Assembly (NCBI RefSeq): GCF_964213995.1 | Contig: NC_135808.1 | Location: 91,946,001-92,010,000 of the forward strand | Source: Mustelus asterias | Taxonomy: Eukaryota | Reading direction: 5' to 3' | DNA length: 64,000 bases | In this document: positions 61,768 to 64,000 of the stretch, piece by piece | How the letters are laid out: every line of letters begins with the position of its first letter | Position numbering within the stretch: the first letter of the stretch is position 1 | The notes under the pieces: model-generated | Databases searched by the model: none | What the model was told of the DNA's origin: nothing | What the model saw: the letters and a program-made list of their open reading frames with translations, nothing else | Program-made: the position numbers and the translations under genes

Positions 61768-62091
61768 ACAATCACAGAAACCCTACAATGCAGAAGGAGG
61801 CCATTCGACCCATCGAGCCTGCACTGACCACAATCCCACCCAGGCCCTATCCCCGTAATCCCATGCATTTGCCCTAGCTAGTCCCCCTGACACTAAGGGG
61901 CAATTTAGCATGGCCAATCCACCTAACCCGCACATCTTTGGTCTGTGAGAGGAAACTGGAGCACCTAGAGGAAACCGTCACAGACACGGGGAGAATGTGC
62001 AAACTCCACACAGTGACCCAAGCCAGGAATCGAACCCAGGTCCTTGGCACTGTGAGGCAGCAGTGCTAACCACTGTGCCACCGTGCCGCCC
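61768..62091 (-). mobile_element. HE1-type V-SINE (CR1 tail)
   Basis: Full-length on the minus strand. Confidence 0.9.
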
Positions 62092-62832
62092 TGGTGGGAC
62101 GTGTGATAAGGAGAGATTTTATTTAGTTGTGGTGCTCTCTATGATTAAATTGTTCACCACCACAATTTAGATTCACCCATTGGAGAAACACTTCGAAAAA
62201 GGTTGTTGGAGAACTGCTGGTCCTTTACGATATTCACCTTGCAAGAGTCAGACCTTCCATCAGGGGAGGGGAGGGAGCTCTGAAAACAAATTTTAAAAAA
62301 GGAAAAGAGTCAGTAAGACTGGCAGTTATCCACTTGCATATTGTTTCTGGGCTCAAATACAAATGATTCCTATCTGAACAAAGTCTCCAGTTCACAGATA
62401 AAGCCAACTTGGATTTGATCCCAGAAAAGATCAGGTCCAAGTGGGCAGTGAGAGCACAGGATGAACCGAGAGCAGTGTTTTAAGTGCTTTTGCTTGGAAC
62501 TGTCACCGATACATCATAATGATTTACTGGCCAGTAATGCGATGATAGGCTGTTCCTATCACTCCTGCTGGCTAATAGCTTTAACCCATTGAGGACCATA
62601 GTAACATATACAAGGATGCAGAATCTAAGAGTGCTGCACAAAAAAACACACAATAAATTAGGAGAGTGTGGCTGTCCCTTGCACAAGAGCCGATTTTAAT
62701 TGGGTTTAATTTGATGCTTTAGCTGTAAATTGAGGTCAGTGATGGCCTCAAAATGAGTCGTAAGCTTACCAATCTCTTAACATCTGCATTCTGGTTTCTT
62801 CCATTTTCAAAGAAAGCAGCTTCCCTGCTTTG

Positions 62833-63230
62833 AGGTCCTGTGATGTAGTGGTTAATATTCCTGTACCTCTGAGACAGGAGCCCCAAGTTTGAGCCCCATT
62901 TCATGACCTGATGGCCAAGGAAGGTGTATTCATGGCTTGACCAAGAAGGCTGATTGTCAACCTGTAAATCCTTCCAATACATTTATGGCAGGCGGTATAA
63001 GAGCGGGAGAGTTCTTGGCTCGCCAGAATAGTGTGGCAGTTGCAGCACACGAGCATTAGCACAAGCTCTTGACACGGGCTCCATGGCAGCTGTACTCCTT
63101 GCTTTGGGAGGCTGCTCGAGACTTGATCGTTAAGGTCGGTGCATTCAGACTCTGGCCAAACAGGTTGATTATCAGCTTGAAAATCCTTCCAACACATTCT
63201 ATGGCAGGCGCTAAGAGGGGAGAGATTCCC
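62833..63230 (+). mobile_element. SINE family E with internal diverged duplication
   Basis: aaatccttccaa.acatt.tatggcaggcg..taagag.gggaga occurs at ~62966-63010 and ~63181-63224. Confidence 0.5.
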
Positions 63231-63642
63231 GATTGTTCATGTCATCAAAAGAAAGTTGGAGCCTCCACCATAGCTCCAGACCACAGCATGCATATAAAAG
63301 TACATGTCACTGTCGCAACGCGGGCTCCGAGTGATATGTAATACACTACCACCACTCCCTGTTTTGGTCATGTGTCCCTTTTAATATGCAAATCATGGCC
63401 CCATGATGTACGTAACATCACGTTTACCATTTTGCAATGGAACTGAGCGCACGATGGGCTATACACTCCCTGATCAGTTTTACCGACAATACAATAAAAG
63501 TCCCACTAGATTGTGTTAGTTACATTTGTGGAACCAGGAAGAGCAGCTGGGGTGCTCGATAAGAGTCTGACCTGATAAGGATGATCTGGGCTGCTGCCCC
63601 CCAAGGCTGTTCTCTTGCTATGATCATAAACCAAGTCCAAAT

Positions 63643-64000
63643 AGAGTCACAAAGTCATAGAGGTCTACAGCACAGAAAAAGGCCTTTTGGCCCATCACGC
63701 CTCTGCCAGTCAAAAATAGCCACCTAACTATTCTAATCCCATTTTCCAGCACTTGGCCCAGAGCTTTCTATGGCTTGGCATTGCAAGTGCACATCTAAAT
63801 ACAACTTATGAGGGTCTCTGCCTCTGTCACCCTTTCAGGCAGAGAGTTCCAGATCCTCACCATCCTCTGGGGGAAAATGTTTTTCCTCACATCCCCGCTA
63901 AATCCCCTCTGCCTTACCTCAAATCTATGCCCCCTGGTCATTGATCGATCTACTAAGGGGAGAAGTTTTTTCCTGTCTACTCTATCAATGCCCCTCATAA
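63643..64000 (-). mobile_element. CR1 3' end (continues beyond window)
   Basis: MRGIDRVDRKKLLP...TRGHRFEV...IWNSLPERV. Confidence 0.88.

Overview
Repeat-dense vertebrate genomic DNA, almost certainly from a cartilaginous fish (shark), inferred from abundant HE1-type V-SINEs and HER1/CR1-type LINEs. It is intron-like or intergenic. I could not recognise a host gene; there are only a few candidate spliced exons, the best at 24569-24739 (-). Most long ORFs are fragments of CR1 LINEs (zinc finger/SGNH esterase ORF1, APE endonuclease, RT) or Penelope-like elements (RT, GIY-YIG). Other content: several tRNA-derived SINE families, L2/Rex1-like 3' ends, solo-LTR-like segments, and Harbinger-like and Tigger-like MITEs. 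The most notable signals are mechanistic: (1) minimal hammerhead ribozyme motifs with compensatory stem changes in the Penelope terminal repeats; (2) five fold-back Penelope insertions with target-site duplications, including a 333-bp-arm hairpin; (3) an exact 74-bp inverted copy of nearby genomic DNA captured at a Penelope junction; (4) a CR1 with twin-priming-type 5' inversion; (5) one V-SINE head carrying two different LINE-derived tails. I found no evidence for a wholly new system. Family names come from recalled consensus features, not database searches, and element boundaries are approximate unless a TSD is quoted.
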